A stretch of DNA of 64,000 bases from an uncultured Actinomycetota bacterium (GTDB lineage Bacteria > Actinomycetota > Actinomycetes > CAVWCF01). The notes beneath the pieces are model-generated. The model ran no database searches, had not been told where the DNA came from, and was given only the letters and a program-made list of their open reading frames with translations. Made by a program: the position numbers and the translations under genes. The stretch's first letter is position 1, and each line of letters begins with the position of its first letter. Below, piece after piece: positions 19,114 through 31,396 of the stretch. The stretch lies in assembly GCA_963818455.1 (NCBI GenBank), contig CAWFSE010000005.1, positions 266,071 to 330,070 of the forward strand. The letters run 5' to 3'.

Positions 19114-21114
19114 CTACGCCAGGCCGTGCGCGGCGCGGATGGCGTCGACGACCCGGCCCATCACCGCGGTGATGTCGTAGTCCTTGGGCGTGAAGACCGC
19201 CGCGACCCCCTGGGCCTCGAGCGCGGCCGCGTCGGCCTCGGGGATGATGCCGCCGACGACGACCGGGACGTCGGCCAAGCCCGGCCTCGGCCATCAGCCG
19301 CAGCACCTCGGGCACCAGCTCCAGGTGCGAGCCGGACAGGATCGACAGCCCGACGCAGTGGACGTCCTCCTCGACGGCCGCGGCCACGATCTGCGCCGGG
19401 GTGAGCCGGATGCCCTGGTAGACGACCTCGAAGCCGGCGTCGCGGGCGCGCACCGCGATCTGCTCGGCGCCGTTGGAGTGCCCGTCGAGGCCCGGCTTGC
19501 CGACGAGCAGCCGCAGCCGCCCGCCGAGCTCCTCGCCGGTCTCGCGCACGCGCTCGCGGACCGCCGTCAGCTCGGCGCCGGCCTCGCGCCACGCCGACCA
19601 CGCCGGTCACCCCGGTGGGCGCCCGGTACTCGCCGAAGACCTCGCGCAGCGCGCCGGCCCACTCCCCCGTGGTCACCCCGGCCCGCGCGCACTCCAGGGA
19701 TGCGGCCATCAGGTTCTCGTCGGTCTTGGCCGCCTCGCGCGAGCCGGTCGAGCGCCCGCTCGGCCGCGCCGGTGTCGCGCGCGGCCTTCCACGCGGCCAG
19801 TCGCTCGATCGCCTGCGCCTCGACGGCGGGGTCGACGGTCTGGATCGCCGCGTCGAGGTCGGCGAGCAGCGGATTCGGCTCGGTGGTCTGTGAACCGGTT
19901 GACGCCCACCGACCACGTCCTCGCCGGACTCGATCCGCGCCCGGCGCGCCGCATGCGACGACGACGAGCTGCTGCTTCATGTAGCCCGCTCTCGACGGCG
20001 GCGACCGCGCCGCCCATCGCCAGCACGCGGTCGAGCTCCTCGGTCGCGCCGGCGGTCAGCTCGGCGACCTTGCGCTCGATGACCGGCGAGCCGTCGAAGA
20101 TGTCGTCGTACTCCAGCAGGTCGGACTCGTAGGCGAGCACCTGCTGCATGCGCAGCGACCACTGCTGGTCCCAGGGCCGCGGCAGGCCGAGCGCCTCGTT
20201 CCAGGCCGGCAGCTGCACCGCGCGGGCGCGGGCGTCCTTGGACAGGGTCACGCGCGAGCATCTCCAGCACGATGCGCTGGACGTTGTTCTCCGGCTGCGC
20301 CTCGGTCAGGCCGAGGGAGTTGACCTGGACGCCGTAGCGGAACCGCCGCTGCTTGGCGTTCGGTGACGCCGTAGCGCTCGCGGGTGAGCGTCGTCCCACA
20401 GCGCGACGAACGCGCGCATCTTGCACATCTCCTCGACGAAGCGCACGCCGGCGTTGACGAAGAACGAGATCCGCCCGACGACGTCGCCCATCCGCTCGGC
20501 GGGCACCTGGCCGGAGTCGCGGACCGCGTCGAGCACGGCGATCGCGGTCGCCATGCGCGTACGCGATCTCCTGGACCGGCGTCGCGCCGGCCTCCTGCAG
20601 GTGGTAGCTGCAGATGTTGATCGGGTTCCACTTCGGGATCGCGTCGACGGTGTAGGCGATCATGTCGGTGGTCAGCCGCAGCGAGGGCCCGGGCGGGAAG
20701 ACGTACGTGCCGCGGGACAGGTACTCCTTGATGATGTCGTTCTGCGTGGTGCCCTGCAGCGACGCCGGGCTCGCGCCCTGCTCCTCGGCGGCGACCTCGT
20801 AGAGCGCCAGCAGCCACATCGCGGTGGCGTTGATGGTCATCGAGGTGTTCATCTCGGCGAGCGGGATGCCCGTCGAACAGCGCGCGCATGTCGCCGATGT
20901 GCGCGATCGGCACCCCGACCTTGCCGACCTCGCCGCGCGCCAGCTCGTGGTCGGCGTCGTAGCCGGTCTGGGTGGGCAGGTCGAAGGCGACCGACAGCCC
21001 GGTCTGCCCCTTGGCCAGGTTGCGCCGGTAGAGCTCGTTGGACGCCGTCGCCGAGGAGTGGCCGGCGTAGGTGCGCATCACCCAGGGGGTGTCGCGCGGG
21101 GGCTGTGCGGTCAT
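19114..21114 (-). pseudogene. ecm: ethylmalonyl-CoA mutase (MeaA/Ecm-type B12-dependent mutase, single chain with C-terminal B12 domain), at least 12 frame changes as given
   Basis: ATG 21114 has a GGAGG ribosome-binding site. The protein starts [56 protein letters not shown], an Ecm-type N-terminus. The B12 domain reads [35 protein letters not shown]. The protein can be followed through all three frames. Shifts lie near 20865, 20556, 20388, 20355, 20253, 19983, 19960, 19910, 19889, 19737, 19595 and 19272. Confidence 0.8.
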
Positions 21115-21214
21115 CGGGGACCTCCGAGCCAGCTGGGGCAGGGGCGGACGGCGCGTCGCGCCGGCGCGTCCCGTGAATCCTACTGGTCGGTAACCACGGA
21201 TCGCCGCGCTGCCC

Positions 21215-21586
21215 TCAGTCGCCGGCGGCCAGCAGGGGCCGGTCTCGATTGAGGTCGAGGTGGAGCACCCGGCGCAGCCTCGTGACCGCCAGCAGCCGAA
21301 GCAGCGGCGGGCGCGGATCGGCGAGCACGAGACGCCGTTCGAACTGCTGGCAGCGGCGGTGTGTGGAGACGAGCAGCCCCAGGCCCGCGGCGTCGATGAG
21401 CTCCACGGCGGCGCAGTCGACGACGAGGTCATCGGCCGTGGCGTCCAGCGCGACCTGCAGCGAGTAGCGGACCTCGCTCACCGTGCTGGCGTCCAGCCGG
21501 GCGGGCAGGACGACGTCGAAGGATCGGCGCGAGGCCGGCGCGGTGCGGGGCTCCGGGATGCGCAGGACGGGGGTGGGCTCGGACAT
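21215..21586 (-). CDS. STAS-domain protein (anti-sigma-factor-antagonist fold)
   Basis: ATG 21586 has a GGAGG ribosome-binding site. The protein reads ..[56 protein letters not shown]... 123 aa. Confidence 0.7.
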   Translation of the reverse strand: MSEPTPVLRIPEPRTAPASRRSFDVVLPARLDASTVSEVRYSLQVALDATADDLVVDCAAVELIDAAGLGLLVSTHRRCQQFERRLVLADPRPPLLRLLAVTRLRRVLHLDLNRDRPLLAAGD

Positions 21587-21786
21587 CACGCCTCCGGTAC
21601 GGGAGACGGCCGCGGCCGGCGACGCCGGCGGGGAAGGCGGCTGCCGCCCCATGTTCGTAGCTGGGCAGTGCGTTGGTGGGCCGGGCGGCCCGGCTGACGT
21701 GGGGAGGGGGATCCACGTCCTCCGGGCCGCGGCCCGCAGCAGACGCTAGGGAGCGGCGTTCACAAACGCACGTGCGACACGCGGGA

Positions 21787-21810
21787 CAGATGTGACTGGA
21801 GTCACGTCTG
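21787..21810 (-). terminator. imperfect 11-bp inverted repeat 14 nt downstream of the hbd stop (candidate terminator or operator)
   Basis: CAGATGTGACT-GG-AGTCACGTCTG, with one mismatch between the arms and no T-tract. A perfect 10-nt palindrome CGCACGTGCG lies at 21767-21776. Confidence 0.35.
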
Positions 21811-21824
21811 TGACCTGGCGTCGG

Positions 21825-22679
21825 CTACCCGTGCGAGTAGAACCCGCGGCCGGTCTTCCGGCCGAGGTCGCCCGCGGTGACCATCCGCTGGAGCAGCTCC
21901 GGCGGCCAGAACTTGGGGTCCTGGGTCTCGGCGTAGATGTTGCGGGCGGCGTTGGCCATGATGTCGACGCCGGTCAGGTCGATCGTCTCGAGCGGGCCCA
22001 TCGGGTGGCCGAAGCCCAGCCGGCAGGCGGTGTCGACGTCCTCGGCGCTGGCCACCCCCGACTCGACCAGCCGGACGGCCTCGACCGCCAGCGCGCTGAT
22101 CAACCGGGTCGTGATGAAGCCGGCCACGTCGCGGTTGACCACCACGACCTGCTTGCCGACCGCCTCGGCGAAGGCGCGCGCGCCCGCGAGGGTCGCGTCC
22201 GAGGTCTGGTGGCCGCGGACCAGCTCGCACAGCCGCATGAGCGGCACCGGCGAGAAGAAGTGCATCCCGACCACGGACTCCGGCCGCTTCGTCGCCGTGG
22301 CGATCTGGGTGACCGGGATGGCCGAGGTGTTCGTGCCGAGCACCGCGTGGGCGGGGGCCTCGGCGTCCAGCACCGCGAAGACCTCGTGCTTGACGTCCAG
22401 CCGCTCGAAGACCGCCTCGACCACGAGGTCGGCGTTGTGGGCGGCCTCGGCCAGGTCGGTGGTCGTGGAGATCCGCGCCAGGGCCGCGTCGCGGTCCTCG
22501 CCGGTGAGCTTGCCCTTGGCGACGAACTTGTCGTACGACGCCCGGATGCCCGCCAGGCCGCGCTCCAGCTGCTCGTCCCCGACGTCGCGCAGCGTCACGT
22601 CGTAGCCGGCCTGGGCGGCGACCTGTGCGATCCCCGACCCCATCAGCCCGGCGCCGATGACAGCCAACTGCTTGCCCAT
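21825..22679 (-). CDS. hbd: 3-hydroxybutyryl-CoA dehydrogenase (single-module HCDH)
   Basis: ATG 22679 has a GAGGAGG ribosome-binding site. The protein reads MGKQLAVIGAGLMGSGIAQVAAQAGYDV...GMHFFSPVPLMRLCELV...GHPMGPLETIDLTG. 284 aa, intact. Confidence 0.9.
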   Translation of the reverse strand: MGKQLAVIGAGLMGSGIAQVAAQAGYDVTLRDVGDEQLERGLAGIRASYDKFVAKGKLTGEDRDAALARISTTTDLAEAAHNADLVVEAVFERLDVKHEVFAVLDAEAPAHAVLGTNTSAIPVTQIATATKRPESVVGMHFFSPVPLMRLCELVRGHQTSDATLAGARAFAEAVGKQVVVVNRDVAGFITTRLISALAVEAVRLVESGVASAEDVDTACRLGFGHPMGPLETIDLTGVDIMANAARNIYAETQDPKFWPPELLQRMVTAGDLGRKTGRGFYSHG

Positions 22680-22775
22680 CAGATGCCTCCTCGCGTCCTG
22701 GCGGTGCCTTGCGATTGCGACTGTACGGGGCGGGATCGAGGTGCCAGACCCCGGCCGGGGGCGCACACTGAGGCC

Positions 22776-23114
22776 GTGCCGTCGTGGTCGTCGTACTCGT
22801 ACCTGTTTGGCCCGCTGGTCGCCTTCGCGGTGATCGCCGGGCTGGTCGCCGTGCTGCGCTGGTCCTCGCGACGGGGCGGGTCGGTCGTCGAGGCGCCGAT
22901 CCGGCCGGGGGCCCCCACCGACTACGGCATGCTCGTGCCGGTGGCGTCGCCGCCGACCTACGCCGAGGGCGAGGTCGTCCGGCGCACGCTTGAGGCGCAG
23001 GGAGTGCGCGCCACCCTCGCCATGACCCGGGAGGGGCCGCGGGTGCTGGTCTTCCCGACCGACGCGGCCAAGGCGCAGGCGGCGCTCAGGCGAAGGGGTC
23101 CGGCTCGCGGGTGA
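22776..23114 (+). CDS. hypothetical small membrane-anchored protein
   Basis: GTG 22776. It has an N-terminal transmembrane segment ([18 protein letters not shown]) and then a soluble tail. It overlaps the convergent murA 3' end by 29 nt. No family was recognised. Confidence 0.4.
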   Translation: MPSWSSYSYLFGPLVAFAVIAGLVAVLRWSSRRGGSVVEAPIRPGAPTDYGMLVPVASPPTYAEGEVVRRTLEAQGVRATLAMTREGPRVLVFPTDAAKAQAALRRRGPARG

Positions 23115-24367
23115 CGTCGGCCCCGAGCGCGACCAGCTGGTCGGCGAATCCGGGGTAGCCGCGGTCCACGTGGAAGGCGTCCGAGACCGTCGTCACGCCG
23201 TCGGCGACCAGGCCCGCCAGGACCAGGCCGGCGCCGGCCCGGATGTCGGTCGCGCGCACCGGGGCGCCCGAGAGCAGCGGCCGCCCGCGCACCACGGCGT
23301 GGTGGCCGTCGACCTTGATGTCGGCGCCGAGGCGGGCCATCTCGTTGGCGAACATGAAGCGCGCCTCGAACACGTTCTCGGTGACCATCGCGGTCCCCTC
23401 GCTGACGGCGGCCAGCGCGACCACCATCGGCTGCAGATCGGTGGGGAACCCGGGGTACGGCAGGGTCACCACGTCGACGGCGTGGGGCCGGCGTTCGAGG
23501 GCCACCCGGAAGCCGTCGTCGACGACCTCGACGGACGCCCCGGCGGTGGTCAGCTTGTCGAGGGCGATCTCCAGGTCGGCGGCCCGGGCGTTGCGGATCA
23601 GCACGTCGCCGCGGGTGAGCGCCGCCGCGAAGGCCCAGGTGCCGGCCACGATCCGGTCCGGCACCGTGGTGTGCGTGGCCGGGCGCAGCGCCGGCACCCC
23701 CTCGATCGCGAGGGTCGAGGTGCCGATGCCGTCGATCCGCGCGCCCATGGCCGTGAGCAGCTGGCACAGGTCGACGATCTCGGGCTCGCGCGCGGCGTTG
23801 TCGATCACCGTGGCGCCGTCGGCGAGCACCGCCGCCATCAGGATGTTCTCGGTCGCCCCCACGCTGGGGAAGTCGAGCCAGATCGGCCCCCCCGGTCAGC
23901 CCGTCGGCGGCCTCGGCCACCAGGTAGCCGTGCTCGCTGCTCACCTCGGCGCCCAGCCGGACCAGCCCGGCGATGTGCATGTCGAGGCCGCGCGAGCCGA
24001 TGGCGTCCCCGCCCGGCAGCGCGACATCGGCGCGACCGCAGCGGGCCAGCAGCGGCCCGAGCACGCAGATCGAGGCGCGCATCTTGCGGACCAGGTCGTA
24101 GTCGGCCCGGTGGTCGAGGCGCTCGGGCACCGAGACCGCGACCGTGGCCGCGTCGCGGTCGTGCTCGACGGAGCAGCCGAGCCGCCGCAGCAGCTCGGCC
24201 ATGATCTCGACATCGAGGATGTCCGGCACCTCGCGCAGGGTGGTGGTCCCCTCGGCGAGCAGCGCGGCGGCCATCAGCTTGAGCACGCTGTTCTTGGCGC
24301 CGGTCACCCGCACCTCGCCGGCCAGCCGCGCGCCGCCGACGACCCTGAACCGCTCCACGCCCGCCAC
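23086..24367 (-). pseudogene. murA: UDP-N-acetylglucosamine 1-carboxyvinyltransferase MurA, one homopolymer frameshift as given
   Basis: The N-terminal part reads ..[54 protein letters not shown]. The C-terminal part reads ..[15 protein letters not shown]...[10 protein letters not shown]...VDRGY. The two frames join if the C7 run at 23887-23893 is read as C6. Confidence 0.92.
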
Positions 24368-24406
24368 CCTAGGCGGGCCGGCGGGCCAGGCGGCTGACGC
24401 GGCTGG

Positions 24407-24788
24407 CTACCCGGTCACCTGGAAGGGCGCCCGGATCCCGTCGCCCCGCTCCCCCGGCTTGCACGCGGTGACGTACGACCCCGCTCCAGGGTCACCGCGA
24501 GATCGCGCGTGAGGCCCGGGCCGATGCCCTCGACCTCGCCCACGATGGTCGTGCCGTCCGCCTCGTACACGTAGAACTCGGTCGCCTCGCTGCCGTCGTT
24601 GGTCACCTCGAAGGTCACCGAGCCCGCCGGGGCGCTGGTGGCCGCCAGCTCGCAGGCGGTGTCGGTCGAGGTCACGGCGATCGCGTCGGAGCGCGCCGCC
24701 GTCTCCGCCGTCGCTCGCTGCAGGCGGCGAGCAGGAGGCTGGTCACGAGCAGGGGCGCGGCCAGGGCGGCGCGGGCGAACGGGGGCAC
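24407..24788 (-). pseudogene. cupredoxin-like lipoprotein (EfeO N-terminal-domain-like), two frame changes as given
   Basis: GTG 24788. It has a lipobox (LLVTSLLLAAC|S). The frame changes near 24700-24715 into ..DAIAVTSTDTACELAATSAPAGSVTFEVTNDGSEATEFYVYEADGTTIVGEVEGIGPGLTRDLAVTLE. An apparent 1-nt deletion near 24480-24485 leads into PGSYVTACKPGERGDGIRAPFQVTG and the stop at 24407-24409. Confidence 0.65.
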
Positions 24789-24813
24789 AGCGGGTCCTTT
24801 GCGAGAGGCGGGG

Positions 24814-25651
24814 TCAGGAGACGGCGGGCGCGGAGGCCGCGAGGGGCTGCCGCGCCTTGACCGGGCGGAGGTAGAGCACGAGGCAGGGGACGACGTACGC
24901 GATCCAGACGACGCCCTCGAGCACGGTCGTGGCGGGCGAGAAGTTGACCGTGCCCTTGAGCAGGGCGCCGTACCAGGAGCCGCGGCGGGACCTGGGCGCT
25001 GACGTCGAAGAGCAGGGTGTTGAGGCCGGGCAGGTCGCCGGCCTCCTGCAGGTCGTGCACGCCGTACGACAGCACGCCGGCGGCCACGAAGATCAGCAGC
25101 AGGCCGGTCCAGAAGAAGAACGCGCTCAGGTTGATCCGCAGGGCACTGCGGTAGATCGCGAGGCCCAGGCCGATCGCCGTGGCGAGCCCGAGCGAGAAGC
25201 CCACCAGCGGAGTGGTCGTCGACCCGGTCGCCTGGGCGGCGGCCCAGAAGAAGACCGAGGTCTCCAGGCCCTCGCGGGCCACGGCGACGAACGCCATGAG
25301 CACCACCGCGAGGCCGCCGATCGCCACCGCGGCGTCGAGGCGGCCGCGCAGCTCGGCGGACAGCGAGCGGGAGGCGCGGCGCATCCAGAAGATCATCCAG
25401 GTCACGAACCCGACGGCGATGATCGACATCACCCCGCCGAACCGCTCTTGGGCCTCGAACGACAGCGAGGCCGAGGTGAACTGCAGGAGCGCGCCGACGA
25501 CCACGCTCAGGGCGACGGCCACGCCGACGCCCGCCCAGACGTACCGCAGCGATGAGCGGCGACCGGTGCGGACCAGGTAGGCGACCAGCACGCTGACGAC
25601 GAGCGCGGCCTCGAGGCCCTCGCGCAGGCCGATCAGGAAGTTGGGGAACAC
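24814..25651 (-). pseudogene. efeU: FTR1/EfeU-family high-affinity iron permease, one +1 frameshift near the 3' end as given
   Basis: It carries two REGLE motifs (LIGLREGLEAALV and VAREGLETSVFF). A frame change near 24981-24989 restores ..VPRGSWYGALLKGTVNFSPATTVLEGVVWIAYVVPCLVLYL.. and the stop at 24814-24816. GTG 25651 is preferred over the ORF-track TTG 25669 because the TTG lies inside the iron box. Confidence 0.85.
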
Positions 25652-25656
25652 GGCGC

Positions 25657-25675
25657 TTAGGTTAGCCAACCCTAA
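25657..25675 (-). promoter_or_regulatory. IdeR/DtxR-family iron box upstream of efeU
   Basis: The minus strand reads TTAGGGTTGGCTAACCTAA. This matches 17/19 positions of the remembered consensus TTAGGTTAGGCTAACCTAA. It lies 6 nt upstream of GTG 25651, in the efeU / PduO-adenosyltransferase divergent intergenic region. Confidence 0.7.
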
Positions 25676-25748
25676 GTTTCACTCCAACTCCGGGGTCCGG
25701 AGGCGGATCTCGCGGCGCTGCGTAGGCTCGGGGCATGGAGTCCTCCCG

Positions 25749-26330
25749 ATGGTGAACCTCACCCGCATCTACACCAAGACCGGCGACGACGGCACGACCG
25801 CGCTCGGCGACATGAGCCGGACGACGAAGAACGACCTGCGCCTGCACGCCTACGCCGACGTCGACGAGGCCAACTCCGCCCTCGGGGTGGTGCTCGCCCT
25901 CGGCGGGCTCCCCGACGACCTGCGCGACCTGCTGATCGCCATCCAGAACGACCTGTTCGACGTCGGGGCCGACCTGTGCACCCCGGTGGTGCCGGACCCC
26001 GCGTACCCGCCGCTGCGCGTGACCGACGCGTACGTCGAGCGGCTCGAGCAGGCGTGCGACACGTACAACGCGCCGCTGGAGGCGCTGCGCTCGTTCGTGC
26101 TGCCCAGCGGCACGGCGGCGGCCGCGCTGCTGCACGTGGCCCGCACCGTGGTGCGGCGGGCCGAGCGGGCCACCTGGCTGGCGTTCGAGCAGCACGGCGA
26201 CACGATGAACCCGCTGACCGCGCGCTACCTGAACCGGCTGTCCGACCTGCTCTTCATCCTGGCCCGGGTCGCCAACACCCCCGCCCTCGGCGGCGAGGGC
26301 GACGTCCTGTGGCGCCCCGGCGGCGCCTGA
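25749..26330 (+). CDS. PduO-type ATP:cob(I)alamin adenosyltransferase
   Basis: The protein reads MVNLTRIYTKTGDDGTTALGDMSRTTKNDLRLHAYADVDEANSALGV...LRSFVLPSGT..AALLHVARTVVRRAER...YLNRLSDLLFILAR. 193 aa, intact. Confidence 0.9.
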   Translation: MVNLTRIYTKTGDDGTTALGDMSRTTKNDLRLHAYADVDEANSALGVVLALGGLPDDLRDLLIAIQNDLFDVGADLCTPVVPDPAYPPLRVTDAYVERLEQACDTYNAPLEALRSFVLPSGTAAAALLHVARTVVRRAERATWLAFEQHGDTMNPLTARYLNRLSDLLFILARVANTPALGGEGDVLWRPGGA

Positions 26331-26350
26331 CCCGCAGGGCCGAGCGTCGG

Positions 26351-26812
26351 TCAGCCGGTGTCGAGGTGGGTGCCGGGGGGCGCCGCCTCCAGCCAGGCCA
26401 GCAGCCCGACCTCGGCGGTCTCCGGCAGGCCGACATCGAACCGGCTGCCTGACGCGGTGCACCGCAGGACCGCCCCGCGGCCAGGCACGCCTTCCAGGGA
26501 TCCGGCCGGCACCGAGCGACGTTCCAGCACCTGGATCGCGGCCCGCCGCACCACGTGGGTCGGGCGCAGCGACACCCCGACGGCTCGGTACCACTCCAGC
26601 GAGTCGCCCTCGTATCGCGCGAGGCCCGACTCCCACCGGTCGCCCTCAGCAAGGTCGGGCAGGCGAAGCAGGCACTCGACGGCCGATCGGCCCCGCACCA
26701 GGATCACCCGGCGCAGGAGCAGCCCTCCGACAACGACGATCCCGGCGACCAGCACGAACAGGAAGACCTCGAGCAGGAGCACCAGCCATCCCGGTGTGTC
26801 GGCCATGCCCAC
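26351..26812 (-). CDS. DUF2550-family membrane protein (conserved downstream of atpC in actinobacteria)
   Basis: It has an N-terminal transmembrane segment (WLVLLLEVFLFVLVAGIVVVGGLLL), then ..GDRWESGLARYEGDSLEWYR... Its position after atpC matches the mycobacterial arrangement, from memory. Confidence 0.7.
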   Translation of the reverse strand: MGMADTPGWLVLLLEVFLFVLVAGIVVVGGLLLRRVILVRGRSAVECLLRLPDLAEGDRWESGLARYEGDSLEWYRAVGVSLRPTHVVRRAAIQVLERRSVPAGSLEGVPGRGAVLRCTASGSRFDVGLPETAEVGLLAWLEAAPPGTHLDTG

Positions 26813-26842
26813 CTCCCGAGCGTGACTGCCCAGCCGGGCCGG

Positions 26843-27241
26843 CTAGTGCAGGCGACCTGGGTGGACCGCGGCCCGAAGCCGCGACTCAGCCCGCCGGATC
26901 GCCGCGATCTCCTCCGGGTCGTCCGCGCCGGCCGCTCGGGCGCGCTCGATCGCGCGCTCGGCGCGGGCGACGTCGATCTCCGAGGCCAGCTCGGCGGTCT
27001 CGGCGAGGATCGACAGCACGTTGGAGTCCACCGCGAGGAAGCCCCCGTGGACGGCGGCCAGCACCTCGGGCGAGCCGTCGGCCGGCCGGATCCGGACCAG
27101 GCCGTCGGCGAGGACACCCATGAGCGGCTCGTGGCCGCCCATGATGCCGAGCTCGCCGTCGACCGTGGTGGCCACGACGAGCGAGGCCTCACCCGACCAG
27201 ACCTTGCGGTCCGTCGCGACCAGTTCGACCTGGATCGGCAT
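26843..27241 (-). CDS. atpC: F0F1 ATP synthase subunit epsilon
   Basis: ATG 27241 lies 4 nt after the atpD stop. The protein reads MPIQVELVATDRKVWSGEASLVVATTVDGELGIMGGHEPLMGVL. Confidence 0.9.
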   Translation of the reverse strand: MPIQVELVATDRKVWSGEASLVVATTVDGELGIMGGHEPLMGVLADGLVRIRPADGSPEVLAAVHGGFLAVDSNVLSILAETAELASEIDVARAERAIERARAAGADDPEEIAAIRRAESRLRAAVHPGRLH

Positions 27242-27245
27242 GGCG

Positions 27246-29623
<2,378 letters not shown>

Positions 29624-29684
29624 CGGTGGCTGCGCCTTCCTCTGTCGTGACTGGCTGCGGACGGATGACTTCGGGTGCCGGACC

Positions 29685-31325
29685 TCAGCCCTTGGGCTTG
29701 GCCCGGACCTTGATCTGGGTGTGCTCGACCTCGGACTCCTCAAGGGCCTCGACGGGCACGTCCTTGACGAGCAGCTCGCCGGATGACGTGGTGAAGCCGC
29801 GCTTGAACGCGGTCAGCGCCGTGTCCAGCGAGCCCACCGTGTCGTCGGAGAGGTCGCCGGTCTCCGCGATCGCGGCGAGCAGACCGCCGTGCTCGAGGTG
29901 GATGTAGTCCAGCATCTCGGTCTCGAAGCGGCGGATGTCCTCGACCGGCACCTCATCGAGGCGGCCGGTCGTGCCCGCCCACACCGAGACGACCTCGCGC
30001 TCCATCGAGAACGGGGAGTACTGGGGCTGCTTGAGCAGCTCGACCAGGCGGGCGCCGCGCTCGAGGGTGGCCTTCGAGGCCTTGTCCAGGTCGGACCCGA
30101 ACGCGGCGAACGCCTCCAGCTCGCGGTACTGCGCGAGGTCCAGGCGCAGCCGGCCGGCGACCTTCTTCATCGCCTTGGGCTGGGCCGAGCCGCCCACGCG
30201 CGACACCGAGATGCCGACGTTGATGGCCGGGCGGACACCGGAGTTGAACAGGTCGGACTCCAGGAAGCACTGGCCGTCGGTGATCGAGATGACGTTGGTC
30301 GGGATGTACGCCGACACGTCGTTGGCCTTGGTCTCGATGATGGGCAGGCCGGTGAGCGAGCCGGAGCCGAGCTCGTCGGAGAGCTTGGCGCAGCGCTCCA
30401 GCAGGCGGCTGTGCAGGTAGAAGACGTCGCCGGGGTAGGCCTCGCGGCCCGGCGGGCGGCGCAGCAGCAGCGACACGGCGCGGTAGGCCTCGGCCTGCTT
30501 GGTCAGGTCGTCGAAGACGATCAGCGCGTGCTCGCCCTTGTACATCCAGTGCTGGGCGATCGCCGAGCCGGCGTACGGGGCGAGGTACTTGAAGCCGGCC
30601 GGGTCGGACGCGGGGGCCGCGACGATCGTCGTGTACTCGAGCGCGCCGGCCTCCTCCAGGGCGCCGCGGACCGCGGCGATGGTGGAGCCCTTCTGCCCGA
30701 TGGCGACGTAGACGCACTTCACGCGCTTCTTCGGGTCGCCGGAGACCCATGCCTCGCGCTGGTTGATGATCGTGTCGATCGCGATGGCGGTCTTGCCGGT
30801 CTGGCGGTCGCCGATGATCAGCTGGCGCTGGCCGCGGCCGATCGCGGTCATCGCGTCGATGGCCTTGATGCCGGTGAGCATCGGCTCCTTGACCGGCTGC
30901 CGCTGGACGACCGTGGGCGCCTGCTCCTCGAGCTGGCGGCGGCCCTCGGCCTCGATGTCGCCCATGCCGTCGATCGGGTTGCCCAGCGGGTCGACGACCC
31001 GGCCCAGGAACCCGTCGCCGACCGGCACCGAGAGGATCTCGCCGGTCCGCTTGACCGTCTGGCCCTCCTCGATGTGGCTGCCGTCGCCGAGCAGCACGAC
31101 GCCGATCTCGCGCAGGTCGAGGTTGAGCGCGATGCCGCGGAGTCCGCCGTGGAACTCGAGCAGCTCGTTGGTCATCGCCGAGTGCAGCCCCTCGACACGG
31201 GCGATGCCGTCGCCGGTCTCGGTGACCCGGCCGACCTCGTCACGCGTGGTCTCGGGCGCGTAGGACTCGACGTGTCGGGCGATCGCGTCGCGGATCTCCT
31301 CCGGCCGGATCGTCAGCTCCGCCAT
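29685..31325 (-). CDS. atpA: F0F1 ATP synthase subunit alpha
   Basis: 546 aa, intact. It has [18 protein letters not shown] and [28 protein letters not shown]. Confidence 0.98.
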   Translation of the reverse strand: MAELTIRPEEIRDAIARHVESYAPETTRDEVGRVTETGDGIARVEGLHSAMTNELLEFHGGLRGIALNLDLREIGVVLLGDGSHIEEGQTVKRTGEILSVPVGDGFLGRVVDPLGNPIDGMGDIEAEGRRQLEEQAPTVVQRQPVKEPMLTGIKAIDAMTAIGRGQRQLIIGDRQTGKTAIAIDTIINQREAWVSGDPKKRVKCVYVAIGQKGSTIAAVRGALEEAGALEYTTIVAAPASDPAGFKYLAPYAGSAIAQHWMYKGEHALIVFDDLTKQAEAYRAVSLLLRRPPGREAYPGDVFYLHSRLLERCAKLSDELGSGSLTGLPIIETKANDVSAYIPTNVISITDGQCFLESDLFNSGVRPAINVGISVSRVGGSAQPKAMKKVAGRLRLDLAQYRELEAFAAFGSDLDKASKATLERGARLVELLKQPQYSPFSMEREVVSVWAGTTGRLDEVPVEDIRRFETEMLDYIHLEHGGLLAAIAETGDLSDDTVGSLDTALTAFKRGFTTSSGELLVKDVPVEALEESEVEHTQIKVRAKPKG

Positions 31326-31396
31326 GAACGTTCCTGCTCTCTCATCGTGGTCGCCCGGTTGGGCGGTGGCTCGGGGTGAAACCTTGCGGGGGCCGG

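Noticed and set aside
19114-21114. Whether this mutase is a classical methylmalonyl-CoA mutase rather than Ecm/MeaA.
   Set aside because: The N-terminus reads [10 protein letters not shown]...[21 protein letters not shown] rather than the RQYAGFST...LATHRGYD of MCM. It is also a single chain with its own B12 domain. I therefore kept the Ecm call, at less than full confidence.
21174-21182. A 9-nt match (GAATCCTAC) to the T-arm/3' part of tRNA-Arg, considered as a possible att-site remnant.
   Set aside because: A 9-mer match is expected by chance in 64 kb on two strands. The flanks do not extend the match, and no integrase is nearby.
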